DNA of 64,000 bases from Eledone cirrhosa (GCA_964016885.1 OZ024750.1:31248001-31312000); one strand, 5' to 3'. Numbered from the stretch's first letter, positions 30,001-44,132 are shown. Notes: generated by a model not told the origin, from the sequence alone. Program-made: numbers and translations.

Positions 30001-33000
30001 GAAGAGATAGACCTAGTGTACACTAACATAACATGTACAGACCTCTCCCAGAAGAGATAGACCTAGTGTACACTAACATAACATGTACAGACCTCTCTCA
30101 GAAGAGATAGACCTAGTGTACAGTAACATAACATGTACAGACCTCTCTCAGAAGAGATAGACCTAGTGTACACTAACATAACATGTACAGACCTCTCTCA
30201 GAAGAGATAGACCTAGTGTACACTAACATAACATGTAGAAACCTCTCTCAGAAGAGATAGACCTAGTGTACACTAAAATAACATGTACAGACCTCTCTCA
30301 GAAGAGATAGACCTAGTGTACACTAACATAACATGTAGAAACCTCTCTCAGAAGAGATAGACCTAGTGTACACTAAAATAACATGTACAGACCTCTCTCA
30401 GAAGAGATAGACCTAGTGTACACTAACATAACATGTAGAAACCTCTCCCAGAAGAGATAGACCTAGTGTACACTAACATAACATGTACAGACCTCTCTCA
30501 GAAGAGATAGACCTAGTGTACACTAACATAACATGTACCGACCTCTCTCAGAAGAGATAGACCTAGTGTACACTAACATAACATGTAGAAACCTCTCCCA
30601 GAAGAGATAGACCTAGTGTACACTAACATAACATGTACAGACCTCTCTCAGAAGAGATAGACCTAGTGTACACTAACATAACATGTAGAAACCTCTCTTA
30701 GAAGAGATAAACCTAGTGTACTCTAACATAACATGTACAGACCTCTCTCAGAAGAGATAGACCTAGTGTACACTAACATAACATGTAGAAACCTCTCTCA
30801 GAAGAGATAAACCTAGTGTACACTAACATAACATGTACAGACCTCTCTCAGAAGAGATAGACCTAGTGTACACTAACATAACATGTACAGACCTCTCTCA
30901 GAAGAGATAGACCTAGTGTACACTAACATAACATGTACAGACCTCTCCCAGAAGAGGTAGACCTAGTGTACACTAACATAACATGTACAGACCTCTCTCA
31001 GAAGAGATAGACCTAGTGTACACTAACATAACATGTACAGACCTCTCTCAGAAGAGATAGACCTAGTGTACACTAACATAACATGTACAGACCTCTCTCA
31101 GAAGAGATAGACCTAGTGTACACTAACATAACATGTAGAAACCTCTCTCAGAAGAGATAGACCTAGTGTACACTAAAATAACATGTACAGACCTCTCTCA
31201 GAAGAGATAGAACTAGTGTACACTAACATAACATGTAGAAACCTCTCCCAGAAGAGATAGACCTAGCGTACACTAACATAACATGTACAGACCTCTCTCA
31301 GAAGCGATAGACCTAGTGTACACTAACATAACATGTACCGACCTCTCTCAGAAGAGATAGACCTAGTGTACACTAACATAACATGTAGAAACCTCTCCCA
31401 GAAGAGATAGACCTAGTGTACACTAACATAACATGTACAGACCTCTCTCAGAAGAGATAGACCTAGTGTACACTAACATAACATGTACAGACCTCTCTCA
31501 GAAGAGATAGACCTAGTGTACACTAACATAACATGTAGAAACCTCTCTCAGAAGAGATAAACCTAGTGTACACTAACATAACATGTACAGACCTCTCTCA
31601 GAAGCGATAGACCTAGTGTACACTAACATAACATGTACAGACCTCTCTCAGAAGAGATAGACCTAGTGTACACTAACATAACATGTACAGACCTCTCCCA
31701 GAAGAGATAGACCTAGTGTACACTAACATAACATGTACAGACCTCTCTCAGAAGAGATAGACCTAGTGTACAGTAACATAACATGTACAGACCTCTCTCA
31801 GAAGAGATAGACCTAGTGTACACTAACATAACATGTACAGACCTCTCTCAGAAGAGATAGACCTAGTGTACACTAACATAACATGTAGAAACCTCTCTCA
31901 GAAGAGATAGACCTAGTGTACACTAAAATAACATGTACAGACCTCTCTCAGAAGAGATAGACCTAGTGTACACTAACATAACATGTAGAAACCTCTCTCA
32001 GAAGAGATAGACCTAGTGTACACTAAAATAACATGTACAGACCTCTCTCAGAAGAGATAGACCTAGTGTACACTAACATAACATGTAGAAACCTCTCCCA
32101 GAAGAGATAGACCTAGTGTACACTAACATAACATGTACAGACCTCTCTCAGAAGAGATAGACCTAGTGTACACTAACATAACATGTACCGACCTCTCTCA
32201 GAAGAGATAGACCTAGTGTACACTAACATAACATGTAGAAACCTCTCCCAGAAGAGATAGACCTAGTGTACACTAACATAACATGTACAGACCTCTCTCA
32301 GAAGAGATAGACCTAGTGTACACTAACATAACATGTACAGACCTCTCTCAGAAAAGATAGACCTAGTGTACACTAACATAACATGTAGAAACCTCTCTCA
32401 GAAGAGATAGACCTAGTGTACACTAACATAACATGTAGAAACCTCTCTCAGAAGAGATAGACCTAGTGTACACTAACATAACATGTAGAAACCTCTCTCA
32501 GAAGAGATAGACCTAGTGTACACTAACATAACATGTAGAAACCTCTCTCAGAAGAGATAGACCTAGTGTACACTAACATAACATGTAGAAACCTCTCTCA
32601 GAAGAGATAGACCTAGTGTACACTAACATAACATGTAGAAACCTCTCTCAGAAGAGATAGACCTATTGTCCACTAACATAACATGTAGAAACCTCTCCCA
32701 GAAGAGATAGACCTAGTGTACACTAACATAACATGTAGAAACCTCTCTCAGAAGAGATAGACCTAGTGTACACTAACATAATATGTACAGACCTCTCTCA
32801 GAAGAGATAAACCTAGTGTACTCTAACATAACATGTACAGACCTCTCCCAGAAGAGATAGACCTAGTGTACACTAACATAAGATGTACAGAACTCTCTCA
32901 GAAGAGATAGACCTAGTGTACACTAACATAACATGTAGAAACCTCTCTCAGAAGAGATAGACCTAGTGTACACTAACATAACATGTACAGACCTCTCTCA

Positions 33001-36000
33001 GAAGAGATAGACCTAGTGTACACTAACATAACATGTACAGACCTCTCTCAGAAGAGATAGACCTAGTGTACAGTAACATAACATGTACAGACCTCTCTCA
33101 GAAGAGATAGACCTAGTGTACACTAACATAACATGTACAGACCTCTCTCAGAAGAGATAGACCTAGTGTACACTAACATAACATGTAGAACCTCTCTCAG
33201 AAGAGATAGACCTAGTGTACACTAACATAACATGTACAGACCTCTCTCAGAAGAGATAGACCTAGTGTACAGTAACATAACATGTACAGACCTCTCCCAG
33301 AAGAGATAGACCTAGTGTACACTAACATAACATGTAGAAACCTCTCCCAGAAGAGATAGACCTAGTGTACACTAACATAACATGTAGAAACCTCTCTCAG
33401 AAGAGATAAACCTAGTGTACACTAACATAACATGTACAGACCTCTCTCAGAAGAGATAGACCTAGTGTACACTAACATAACATGTAGAAACCTTTCTCAG
33501 AAGAGATAAACCTAGTGTACACTAACATAACATGTACAGACCTCTCTCAGCAGCGATAGACCTAGTGTACACTAACATAACATGTACAGACCTCTCTCAG
33601 AAGAGATAGACCTAGTGTACACTAACATAACATGTACAGACCTCTCTCAGAAGAGATAGACCTAGTGTACACTAACATAACATGTACAGACCTCTCCCAG
33701 AAGAGATAGACCTAGTGTACACTAACATAACATGTACAGACCTCTCTCAGAAGAGATAGACCTAGTGTACACTAACATAACATGTAGAAACCTCTCTCAG
33801 AAGAGATAGACCTAGTGTACACTAAAATAACATGTACAGACCTCTCTCAGAAGAGATAGACCTAGTGTACACTAACATAACATGTAGAAACCTCTCCCAG
33901 AAGAGATAGACCTAGTGTACACTAACATAACATGTACAGACCTCTCTCAGAAGAGATAGACCTAGTGTACACTAACATATCATGTACCGACCTCTCTCAC
34001 AAGAGATAGACCTAGTGTACACTAACATAACATGTAGAACCCTCTCCCAGAAGAGATAGACCTAGTGTACACTAACATAACATGTACAGACCTCTCTCAG
34101 AAAAGATAGACCTAGTGTACACTAACATAACATGTAGAAACCTCTCTCAGAAGAGATAGACCTAGTGTACACTAACATAACATGTAGAAACCTCTCTCAG
34201 AAGAGATAGACCTAGTGTACACTAACATAACATGTAGAAACCTCTCTCAGAAGAGATAGACCTAGTGTACACTAACATAACATGTAGAAACCTCTCCCAG
34301 AAGAGATAGACCTAGTGTACACTAACATAAGATGTACAGACCTCTCTCAGAAGAGATAGACCTAGTGTACACTAACATAACATGTACAGACCTCTCTCAG
34401 AAGAGATAGACCTAGTGTACACTAACATAACATGTACAGACCTCTCCCAGAAGAGATAGACCTAGTGTACACTAACATAACATGTAGAAACCTCTCTCAG
34501 AAGAGATAGATCTAGTGTACACTAACATAACATGTACAGACCTCTCTCAGAAGAGATAGACCTAGTGTACACTAACATAACATGTAGAAACCTCTCTCAG
34601 AAGAGATAGACCTAGTGTACACTATCATAACATGTACAGACCTCTCTCAGAAGAGATAGACCTAGTGTACACTAACATAACATGTAGAAACCTCTCTCAG
34701 AAGAGATAGACCTAGTGTACACTAACATAACATGTACAGACCTCTCTCAGAAGAGATAGACCTAGTGTACACTAACATAAGATGTACAGACCTCTCTCAG
34801 AAGAGATAGACCTAGTGTACACTAACATAACATGTAGAAACCTCTCTCAGAAGAGATAGACCTAGTGTATACTAACATAACATGTACAGACCCCTCTCAG
34901 AAGAGATAGACCTAGTGTACACTAACATAACATGTAGAAACCTCTCTCAGAAGAGATAGACCTAGTGTACACTAACATAACGTGTACAGACCTCTCTCAG
35001 AAGAGATAGACCTAGTGTACACTAACATAACATGTACCGACCTCTCTCACAAGAGATAGACCTAGTGTACACTAACATAACATGTAGAACCCTCTCCCAG
35101 AAGAGATAGACCTAGTGTACACTAACATAACATGTACAGACCTCTCTCAGAAGAGATAGACCTAGTGTACACTAACATAACATGTACAGACCTCTCTCAG
35201 AAAAGATAGACCTAGTGTACACTAACATAACATGTAGAAACCTCTCTCAGAAGAGATAGACCTAGTGTACACTAACATAACATGTAGAAACCTCTCTCAG
35301 AAGAGATAGACCTAGTGTACACTAACATAACATGTACAGACCTCTCTCAGAAGAGATAGACCTAGTGTATACTAACATAACATGTACAGACCCCTCTCAG
35401 AAGAGATAGACCTAGTGTACACTAACATAACATGTAGAAACCTTTCTCAGAAGAGATAGACCTAGTGTACACTAACATAACGTGTACAGACCTCTCTCAG
35501 AAGTGATAGACCTAGTGTACACTAACATAACATGTACCGACCTCTCTCACAAGAGATAGACCTAGTGTACACTAACATAACATGTAGAACCCTCTCCCAG
35601 AAGAGATAGACCTAGTGTACACTAACATAACATGTACAGACCTCTCTCAGAAGAGATAGACCTAGTGTACACTAACATAACATGTACAGACCTCTCTCAG
35701 AAAAGATAGACCTAGTGTACACTAACATAACATGTACAGACCTCTCTCAGAAGAGATAGACCTAGTGTACACTAACATAACATGTAGAACCTCTCTCAGA
35801 AGAGATAGACCTAGTGTACACTAACATAACATGTAGAAACCTCTCTCAGAAGAGATAGACCTAGTGTACACTAACATAACATGTACAGACCTCTCTCAGA
35901 AGAGATAGACCTAGTGTACACTAACATAACATGTACAGACCTCTCTCAGAAGAGATAGACCTAGTGTACAGTAACATAACATGTACAGACCTCTCTCAGA

Positions 36001-39000
36001 AGAGATAGACCTAGTGTACACTAACATAACATGTACAGACCTCTCTCAGAAGAGATAGACCTAGTGTACACTAACATAACATGTAGAACCTCTCTCAGAA
36101 GAGATAGACCTAGTGTACACTAACGTAACATGTACAGACCTCTCTCAGAAGAGATAGACCTAGTGTACAGTAACATAACATGTACAGACCTCTCCCAGAA
36201 GAGATAGACCTAGTGTACACTAACATAACATGTAGAAACCTCTCTCAGAAGAGATAGACCTAGTGTACACTAACATAACATGTAGAAACCTGTCTCAGAA
36301 GAGATAAACCTAGTGTACACTAACATAACATGTACAGACCTCTCTCAGAAGAGATAGACCTAGTGTACACTAACATAACATGTAGAAACCTTTCTCAGAA
36401 GAGATAAACCTAGTGTACACTAACATAACATGTACAGACCTCTCTCAGAAGCGATAGACCTAGTGTACACTAACATAACATGTACAGACCTCTCTCAGAA
36501 GAGATAGACCTAGTGTACACTAACATAACATGTACAGACCTCTCTCAGAAGAGATAGACCTAGTGTACACTAACATAACATGTAGAAACCTCTCTTAGAA
36601 GAGATAAACCTAGTGTACACTAACATAACATGTACAGACCTCTCTCAGAAGAGATAGACCTAGTGTACACTAACATAACATGTAGAAACCTCTCTCAGAA
36701 GAGATAAACCTAGTGTACACTAACATAACATGTACAGACCTCTCTCAGAAGAGATAGACCTAGTGTACACTAACATAACATGTACAGACCTCTCTCAGAA
36801 GAGATAGACCTTGTGTACACTAACATAACATGTACAGACCTCTCCCAGAAGAGATAGACCTAGTGTACACTAACATAACATGTACAGACCTCTCTCAGAA
36901 GAGATAGACCTAGTGTACACTATCATAACATGTAGAAACCTCTCTCAGAAGAGATAGACCTAGTGTACAGTAACATAACATGTACAGACCTCTCCCAGAA
37001 GAGATAGACCTAGTGTACACTAACATAACATGTAGAAACCTCTCTCAGAAGAGATAGACCTAGTGTACACTAACATAACATGTAGAAAACTCTCTTAGAA
37101 GAGATAAACCTAGTGTACTCTAACATAACATGTACAGACCTCTCTCAGAAGAGATAGACCTAGTGTACACTAACATAACATGTAGAAACCTCTCTCAGAA
37201 GAGATAAACCTAGTGTACACTAACATAACATGTACAGACCTCTCTCAGAAGAGATAGACCTAGTGTACACTAACATAACATGTACAGACCTCTCTCAGAA
37301 GAGATAGACCTAGTGTACACTAACATAACATGTACAGACCTCTCCCAGAAGAGATAGACCTAGTGTACACTAACATAACATGTACAGACCTCTCTCAGAA
37401 GAGATAGACCTAGTGTACACTAACATAACATGTACAGACCTCTCTCAGAAGAGATAGACCTAGTGTACACTAACATAACATGTACAGACCTCTCTCAGAA
37501 GAGATAGACCTAGTGTACACTAACATAACATGTAGAAACCTCTCTCAGAAGAGATAGACCTAGTGTACACTAAAATAACATGTACAGACCTCTCTCAGAA
37601 GAGATAGAACTAGTGTACACTAACATAACATGTAGAAACCTCTCCCAGAAGAGATAGACCTAGCGTACACTAACATAACATGTACAGACCTCTCTCAGAA
37701 GAGATAGACCTAGTGTACACTAACATAACATGTACCGACCTCTCTCAGAAGAGATAGACCTAGTGTACACTAACATAACATGTAGAAACCTCTCCCAGAA
37801 GAGATAGACCTAGTGTACACTAACATAACATGTACAGACCTCTCTCAGAAGAGATAGACCTAGTGTACACTAACATAACATGTACAGACCTCTCTCAGAA
37901 GAGATAGACCTAGTGTACACTAACATAACATGTAGAAACCTCTCTCAGAAGAGATACACCTAGTGTACACTAACATAACATGTACAGACCTCTCTCAGAA
38001 GCGATAGACCTAGTGTACACTAACATAACATGTACAGACCTCTCTCAGAAGAGATAGACCTAGTGTACACTAACATAACATGTACAGACCTCTCCCAGAA
38101 GAGATAGACCTAGTGTACACTAACATAACATGTACAGACCTCTCTCAGAAGAGATAGACCTAGTGTACAGTAACATAACATGTACAGACCTCTCTCAGAA
38201 GAGATAGACCTAGTGTACACTAACATAACATGTACAGACCTCTCTCAGAAGAGATAGACCTAGTGTACACTAACATAACATGTAGAAACCTCTCTCAGAA
38301 GAGATAGACCTAGTGTACACTAAAATAACATGTACAGACCTCTCTCAGAAGAGATAGACCTAGTGTACACTAACATAACATGTAGAAACCTCTCTCAGAA
38401 GAGATAGACCTAGTGTACACTAACATAACATGTAGAAACCTCTCTCAGAAGAGATAGACCTAGTGTACACTAACATAACATGTAGAAACCTCTCCCAGAA
38501 GAGATAGACCTAGTGTACACTAACATAAGATGTACAGACCTCTCTCAGAAGAGATAGACCTAGTGTACACTAACATAACATGTACAGACCTCTCTCAGAA
38601 GATATAGACCTAGTGTACACTAACATAACATGTACAGACCTCTCCCAGAAGAGATAGACCTAGTGTACACTAACATAACATGTAGAAACCTCTCTCAGAA
38701 GAGATAGATCTAGTGTACACTAACATAACATGTACAGACCTCTCTCAGAAGAGATAGACCTAGTGTACACTAACATAACATGTAGAAACCTCTCTCAGAA
38801 GAGATAGACCTAGTGTACACTATCATAACATGTACAGACCTCTCTCAGAAGAGATAGACCTAGTGTACACTAACATAACATGTAGAAACCTCTCTCAGAA
38901 GAGATAGACCTAGTGTACACTAACATAACATGTACAGACCTCTCTCAGAAGAGATAGACCTAGTGTACACTAACATAACATGTACAGACCTCTCTCAGAA

Positions 39001-39412
39001 GAGATAGACCTAGTGTACACTAACATAACATGTAGAAACCTCTCTCAGAAGAGATAGACCTAGTGTATACTAACATAACATGTACAGACCCCTCTCAGAA
39101 GAGATAGACCTAGTGTACACTAACATAACATGTAGAAACCTCTCTCAGAAGAGATAGACCTAGTGTACACTAACATAACGTGTACAGACCTCTCTCAGAA
39201 GAGATAGACCTAGTGTACACTAACATACCATGTAGAAACCTCTCTCAGAAGAGATAGACCTAGTGTACACTAACATAACATGTACAGACCTCTCTCAGAA
39301 GAGATAGACCTAGTGTACACTAACATAACATGTACAGACCTCTCTCAGAAGAGATAGACCTAGTGTACACTAACATAACATGTACAGACCTCTCTCAGAA
39401 GTGATATACCTG
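1..39412. repeat. 50-bp tandem satellite array (~790 monomers; runs off the left edge of the window)
   Basis: Monomer ACCTCTCTCAGAAGAGATAGACCTAGTGTACACTAACATAACATGTA(CAG/GAA) repeats head-to-tail with few substitutions and occasional 49-bp monomers. The last unit (~39390-39425) is degenerate. Confidence 0.99.
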
Positions 39413-39884
39413 GTGGTGTACAGTAATATGGGTCATACAAAATTAATAAACAGTTCATCGCCCACAAAGTTCCCTTTATATTTGTAATAACAAAGCGATT
39501 GACTTACAGCAACTGAAGTATATCAGACTTACTTCCTCACAGTATTTAGATTCCTTCGTCTACGTTGTGACATCAAATACACCCCTGGCGTTTATCTTAA
39601 CTTTCATTCTTTTGGCTTGAGTAAAGGATATCAGGCATTTTCTGTACTCAATTCAACACAGTGTAATATCATTCGAAACATGATGTTGTGATAATGTAAG
39701 AAATATACATGGTATAGTATGGTCCCGTAACACCCGAGGGAGTCGTAGGGGCACCATATTGATATATGACATTTCTACGGTGTTTTTAAACCTGGCGGAC
39801 CACATCTCCTCTCCTGGTCTGAATACAGTAGATTTTTTTTTCCAGAGAGTGATAGAGAGAAAGTGAGAAAGAGATATAGAGGAA

Positions 39885-40041
39885 GAAGCGACCCCAGTAT
39901 TAAACTGCTACTTTTTATTGACCTAGAATGGATGAAAGGCAAAGTTGACCTCGGTTGGAGTTGAACTTAGAGAGGAAAGAACTGGAAGAAACACAGCTAA
40001 ACATTCTATCCGACCTTCTAACGACTCTGCCAATTCACTGC
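39885..40041 (-). mobile_element. tRNA-derived SINE (cephalopod-type family), diverged
   Basis: Reverse complement of the family core GGATGAAAGGCAAAGTTGACCTCGG..TTGAACT and head CTCTGCCAATTCAC; homologous to the intact copy at 45589-45772. Confidence 0.8.
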
Positions 40042-40061
40042 AATATCAATAAGACAGCAAA

Positions 40062-40195
40062 CTGGAAGAGTTGTTAGAATGGCGGATTAAAAATGTTTCA
40101 GTACTTGTTCTTGCTCACCGTGATCCGAGTTCAAATATTGCCGGGGTCAATTTGATTTTCATTCTTTTGAGGTTGGTAAATAAAGAACCAGTATT
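40062..40195 (+). mobile_element. tRNA-derived SINE, diverged
   Basis: B-box-like GAGTTCAAAT followed by GCCGGGGTCAATTTGATTTTCATTC..AATAAAGAACCAGTA; same family as 45589-45772. Confidence 0.7.
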
Positions 40196-40546
40196 CTTCT
40201 ATCACTACCTCTTATTCTCTCTCTCATTCGTCCCCCTTCTCTGTAAGAAATCAGCTTTAGTTTTCCATGGCGAGTGGTGGATTTGACCAGATATAAAATG
40301 TAGAAGTCAAGCTACGTATCAGGTGAGCCCCAATACGACTCCATCAAGAGTTAGGGGCCCTTTTCACTTAGCTTAAGATATCAATGATGTATCAAGAAGT
40401 GAAATGACAACATATTAAGAAGTTTAATGGTAATGATTCTGATCTTTATACAGAGGAATAAAATCATAAAAAAATAAAAATTTCCTAGCTGAAGTGCAAA
40501 CGAAACATTTATTATCTAGCGAATACAACAATTAAATTATGTGCAA

Positions 40547-40549
<3 letters not shown>

Positions 40550-40597
<48 letters not shown>

Positions 40598-40654
40598 CAC
40601 AGACTATAGATAGAAATAAATTATCTTAATCGTATTCTCGTATTCTACACCATG

Positions 40655-40687
<33 letters not shown>
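40550..40687. repeat. (TA)n and (TG)n microsatellites
   Basis: (TA)n at ~40550-40594 and (TG)n at ~40663-40687, read directly. Confidence 0.95.
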
Positions 40688-41100
40688 ACACAAAAAAACA
40701 CACTTTATGGGTGAGGGAAGGCGTTTTGTCTAATAGATCAATCCAGGTACTTGACTGGATCTCATTTGTCGACTGTGGAAGGATGAGTCAGGAAGCTTTC
40801 CACCGAGATATGAAATCAGAATCTAAAAACACACATGACTAATTACCGAGAGAAAAATAAAAAAATAGGGCAAGTCTATGTGAATGAAAGAGGGAGAGTG
40901 TCTGAAGGGGAGATAGCGGGAGGGTGTGTCGGAGTGAGACAAATATCATACTTCAGTCAGTATTCACATAATTTTATTTCTTCATTGAACAGAAGTAGAG
41001 AAGTGGAGAGGGATAAAAAATGATTGACGGCTAAAAGTTGTTGTTACTTTGGTTTTATTGTATTCTAAAGTCGTGCTGTAGACATGAAGGAGTGTCATCT

Positions 41101-41272
41101 AAATAATTGTTTCTACTTTTGGCACACGGCCATCAAATACCCAGTACATTACTGGTACTTTATTTTATCGACCCCGTAATGATGAAAGGCAAAGTTAACC
41201 TCGGCGGGATTTGAACTCAGACCGCAAAGGGAAGTAACTATGCTGGAAAGCATGGCGTCCGACCCTCTACCG
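41101..41272 (-). mobile_element. tRNA-derived SINE, slightly 5'-truncated
   Basis: Close reverse-complement match to 45589-45772 (TTATCGACCCCGTAATGATGAAAGGCAAAGTTAACCTCGGCGGGATTTGAACTCAG). Confidence 0.9.
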
Positions 41273-41380
41273 TTGGTTGTTAGTTCTTATTAGTAACCGG
41301 TGCCATCTAGCTAGTCCTTTTTAGTAGTCAGTGCCATCTAAAAAACACTGGTTAGTTCTTATTAGTAACCAGTACCATCT

Positions 41381-41597
41381 AAATAATTGTTTTTACTTTA
41401 GGCACAGGGCCAGCAATTTGAAGGAGAGGGTCGATTAAATCGACCTCGGTTCATTACTGGTTCTTTATTTTATCGACTCCTTCAAGATGAAAGGCAAAGT
41501 TAACCTCGGCGGTATTTGAACTCAGAATGTAAAGCGCCGTAACTCTATGCCGTGAAGCATGCTGTCCGACACTCTTTCGATTCTGCCAATCCACTAC
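41381..41597 (-). mobile_element. tRNA-derived SINE, near full length
   Basis: Same core plus head (TTCTGCCAATCCAC); flanked by ATCTAAATAA / ATCTATATAA. Confidence 0.88.
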
Positions 41598-41689
41598 TAT
41601 CTATATAATACTGACTAGGGTTGGTCACTTAGTTCTTATTAGTATTTAGTGCTATCTGGCTAGTTCTATCAGTGCTATCAGTGTTATCT

Positions 41690-41750
41690 AAATAATTGTT
41701 TCTACTTTAGACACAAGGCCAGCAATTACCCAGTGCATTACTGGTACTTT
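41690..41750 (-). mobile_element. 3' fragment of the same SINE with 10-bp flanking direct repeat
   Basis: AATAATTGTTTCTACTTTAGACACAAGGCCAGCAATTACCCAGTGCATTACTGGTACTTT lies between two ATCTAAATAA motifs (41686, 41751). Confidence 0.8.
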
Positions 41751-42099
41751 ATCTAAATAATACTGACAGTTTTTAGTATTATAACATTAACTATATTTGG
41801 TTAGTTAATTCTTATTAGTATATTGCCAGTTTATGGCCCAGAACTTTAATCCTCTCTTATAATAATCAATGAATAAATACGTTTTTCTAGTTACATTAAA
41901 ACATTAGATCTTATTGAAGTAAGTTTAAACAACTCAAGATAGGTTTCGGGTTTATTATTCTCTCACTATACACAATATTGTGCCCTGTTTGATATGGACA
42001 AATATCATTATTTACAACTAATTCCTTTGATAAGATCATAAGTCCAAAACATGGCTTCTGTCACCTCCCGCACTTGCAGAGATTTTCTTAGTATATGTA

Positions 42100-42325
42100 G
42101 GGCAGTGGATAAGTATAATCGGTAGAGCGACAGGCACTATACTTTTTGGCATACAGGTACGTCTCTTTACGTTCTGAGTTCAAATCCCACTGAAGTTATC
42201 TTTGCTTTTAATTACGGGCTCGATGAATGACAGTATCAGTAATACACTGGATTGAATATTAAGATAAATCGACTTTTCCCTCCCCCGAAATTGTTATTTT
42301 AAGCCTAAAACCAGAAACTATTATT
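42100..42325 (+). mobile_element. tRNA-derived SINE, diverged
   Basis: TCGGTAGAGCG..TTCTGAGTTCAAATCCC..AGAAACTATTATTAG. Confidence 0.8.
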
Positions 42326-42337
42326 AGTTCATATATA

Positions 42338-42545
42338 AGGTGGTGAATTGGCAGAATTGGTAGAGCGTCCGGCAAAATGTTTTGCAGTATTTACTTACAG
42401 CCATTTGTGTTTAAATCCCGCCGAGGTCAACCATACTTTTTATCCATCAGGGATTGGTAATATAAAGTACTAGTCACGTACTGGAGTCGATATAATCGAC
42501 TTTCCCTTCCCCACACAATTGCTGGCCATGAGTAACTATTAGCCA
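42338..42545 (+). mobile_element. tRNA-derived SINE, diverged
   Basis: Head GGTGGTGAATTGGCAGAATTGGTAGAGCG (A-box) and core AAATCCCGCCGAGGTCAAC. Confidence 0.82.
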
Positions 42546-42621
42546 ATATTTCTAGTTAATATTTAAGCTTCTTTGCATAAAATATGTTAATAAATAAATA
42601 AATAAACTAGTATACTTGCCC

Positions 42622-42896
42622 GTCGGAAATTAAGGAGTTGCTTCTCCGAATTTACATGTGTCTCAGGAAAGAATCACTGGACCAATTTTACAAGCAGAAC
42701 CAACTGGCAAGAGACTCAAATGTAAACCATGAGCAAGATGGTTGGCTAACATCCATGAGTTGGTTGGTCCCGCTTGGAGATCCAGCCGGATAAATTGGGG
42801 TCAGATACTTCTGAGAGTGCTGAGTGCTGGAAGGCGTGTTTGGGGACTCTACACCAACATCCCTTCAAGGAATAAGTGGGCGAAGAAGAAGAAGAC
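42622..42896 (+). mobile_element. 3' end remnant of an RTE-clade (Rex3/Expander-like) LINE with (GAA)n tail
   Basis: Homologous to 63680-63835 (TCTCAGGAAAGAATCAC..AGCAAGATGGTT). Decayed P-T-G-K-R..A-R-W motif of the RTE RT C-terminus; ends GAAGAAGAAGAAGA. Confidence 0.7.
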
Positions 42897-43857
42897 CTGC
42901 ACGTTTAATTCCTGTCTGTAAAACAGAATTACATCGTACAAAGAACAGAAGTTGGTGAAGATTGCCAAGCCACAGAAGACAGCATACATATTGCTCCATC
43001 TGTATTTAATAAATTTCTATCTAAAGGTTTTGACGTCTCTTTGCAGACGACGCATTATTTGATTATCGGTTATTCGCTCTAGTGTTGGCGTATCTTAGTG
43101 GATGTTAACAATCACTGATGTTTTAACAATAACAGAAACCATGATAGTAACTGTGATTATAACAACAACGTCGACAAGGGTGACGACTACTAACTACACA
43201 GGTGATGGGTACGATACGGGAATTAAAATATGTGAGGGTGGTATTGCTTTATATCTATCGATAATCATTGATTTTACATGTAACAGGATTGAATATTAAG
43301 ATAAAATATATTTATAGCCATTCTGACGTTTAATCTCACACTAAACTACATTGCAAAAAGATCAAGATCAAGAACTATAAAACGGAAATCAATGAATATG
43401 TAGTCATATGGTAGAGAACCATGTGGATTTTATGACGCACATTAATGGACAAAAGTGTGGTGGGGAAGCGTAAAGTGGGTCTCTCTCTGTCTATATATTA
43501 ACTTGGCTTCTAATTTCATATACATATATTTGGCTCTATACACACATCTCTCTTCATAGATTCAAAGAAATAGAACGGTATACATAAAATATATATTATG
43601 CATGTAGTTAATCATAAACAGCGAAGCATCATCTAGATTTACTCAGATGTAAACACCTACAGAGCCCATGACCTCCCCCCCCCCATACATATATATATAT
43701 ATATAACTCCGTACTTGCACCACCAACAACACAAACGAAGACGGGTGAGTTGCATTACGTCGAGTGTTTTCCATAATATTACATCGAGGTTCACCCTACG
43801 GAATGACCAGTTCTATCCAGTGGTGAACCAACAAACCTAAATAAATATATATATATA

Positions 43858-43891
<34 letters not shown>

Positions 43892-43984
43892 GATCGATCG
43901 ACTTTCGTCAAATCGGACCGAGGAAACAATGTTTCCGTTGGTCTTTCCAGTTGGTAGTACTATCTATCGGTCGCAACTCCAGGT

Positions 43985-44132
43985 AGAAGGAGCAACGTGA
44001 AATAAAGTGTCTTGCTCAAGGACATAACGCATCGCCCGGTCCAGGAATCGAACTCACATCGCCCGGTCCAGGAATCGAACTCACAACCTCAACATTGTGA
44101 ATCCAATTCTCTAACCTCTCAGTTACACGCCT
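43985..44132 (-). mobile_element. Second tRNA-derived SINE family fragment with 27-bp internal tandem duplication
   Basis: AAGTGTCTTGCTCAAGGACATAAC core; B-box (GGAATCGAACTC) duplicated at 44031-44057 and 44058-44084. Confidence 0.7.

Noticed and set aside
1-39412. CRISPR array
   Set aside because: Monomers are contiguous with no unique spacers, there are no cas genes, and the context is eukaryotic. The same holds for the 64-bp array.
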